In this document: positions 62,595 to 64,000 of the stretch, in pieces
Position numbering within the stretch: the stretch's first letter is position 1
How the letters are laid out: the number at the start of each line of letters is the position of its first letter
Source of the DNA: Tubiluchus corallicola
Taxonomy: Eukaryota > Animalia > Priapulida
Assembly (NCBI GenBank): GCA_030141605.1
Contig: JAQGDQ010000004.1
Location: forward strand, 1,922,001-1,986,000
Reading direction: 5' to 3'
DNA: 64,000 nt
Program-made: the position numbers and the translations under genes
The notes under the pieces: generated by a model
The model's database searches: none
What the model was told of the DNA's origin: nothing
Seen by the model: the letters and a program-made list of their open reading frames with translations, nothing else

Positions 62595-64000
62595 CATTAG
62601 AGTACAATATGTGCATATCTGTGTTCACAAGTACAGCTGTTGTGCTACACAAATAGATGGGTAGTGCAAGAAAAAAAGCAGGCAAATGGATCCAAAGCAA
62701 GACGTGTATACAACTGAAAAAAATTTATAATAGCTTTTTTCTGCGTTTAATACATGGAGCATTTTTTTTATTGTGTTCTATACATTTGTTGATGACTCTG
62801 CTAGAATAATAATTATTTCACTAGCATTGCAAGCCTTGATGCTTGAAAAAATGCATATATTGCAAGAATATAAATGGCATTATTTCTGTTACTGATTTTA
62901 CAATATATTATGTGCTAAATGTCGTTGGCAGTGCAAAAACTTTACTGAATTAGTTTTTTCAAGTCAGCACCAATCCCAGTGTAAAACCGGAGCTGCAGCT
63001 GTAGTGTTTTGAAAGAATAATAGATACCCTGTTTGCAAAGATGTGAAGGTTGTTTTCACCATGCTGGCAATTAGCACTTGCAAATAAGTTCTAGAAATGT
63101 GGCTTGGAATCTGTATGTACCTGACAGTAAATTTCTATAAAGCTAAGATGCAATGAAAACACATAACCGAAATTTATATCTAAATTTTATTCATCCTTGT
63201 CATTTTCACACAGCAGTCATCTATAAAAATACAATATTATTATCTCCTCACAGAGCGTAATATAACACACTTTCGTCATGATTATTTTAATGGCAATATA
63301 CTTAGTACATGCACCAAGAAAAATTTTATTTTTAGTTTTCCTTATCGCTGACTTATATACACTATCTTATAAGCAGGCATGCAGCACAACTGCTTCGATG
63401 ATTTGGCGTGATATGATGATACAGTATAGATACGATTTTGCAGACTTATTAAAATGAGGTCAACATCGAATACGATTGTACCATTGATTTTTGCATGGCC
63501 CATTTGTAATAGCTTTGCATATTATAACAGGTTCTCATTGAGTTCCAAGATCCTGTATTACCCAAACATGGAAAAGAGTTTAAAATGTCGATCAGTATTT
63601 GGAAACCAACACTGGCAGGACTTAGAACAAATACAATACAATAATATCAGCATTTATAAAGCAGTAAGTCACAGTTAGTTACATCGCACTTTAATCCTAT
63701 GTGCGTAAGGTACTATTACTAATCCGGCCAGGTTTGAAAACTCATTGAGCTATGGAACTTATCATATTCCACAACTGTGCTATTAACGAGTTCATTTAGT
63801 GATGAATTTTTGAAGTTAGGTACGCGAGCACAAAATGTGCAAGCAATGATATGCATAGAGCTATTTGTTGACAATAATTATAGTCTATGTGTACAAGGAA
63901 AATAAAAATAAAATACTGATTTTAAGAAATTAAGCAAAAAGGTAATAGTAGTTTAATCTTCACTTGTATAGAAATAACTTAAGATGGCATAGAATTAAAA

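Overview
AT-rich, intron-rich animal genomic DNA, most likely from a non-insect (pan)arthropod; this is inferred from a TARGF-amide allatotropin and an arthropod-type MRPL13. Four spliced protein-coding genes were reconstructed by hand with GT-AG junctions and consistent phases: the last three coding exons of ARMC8 (+, 1-1129), a complete allatotropin precursor (-, 7413-12669, 112 aa), a complete 12-exon squalene epoxidase SQLE (-, 40144-47965, 528 aa) and a complete 7-exon mitochondrial ribosomal protein L13 (+, 49658-62594, 179 aa). SQLE and MRPL13 are head-to-head. The standout is an intact sterol-pathway gene (SQLE) in an arthropod-like genome, because insects and crustaceans are sterol auxotrophs that lack it. 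The remainder is a ~27 kb gene-poor interval with RFX X-box-like clusters, many foldback/MITE elements (nearly tiling one allatotropin intron), decayed CR1/L2/I-like LINE fragments and microsatellites. Most ORF-track entries are spurious. All homology calls come from recognising motifs by eye, not from database searches.
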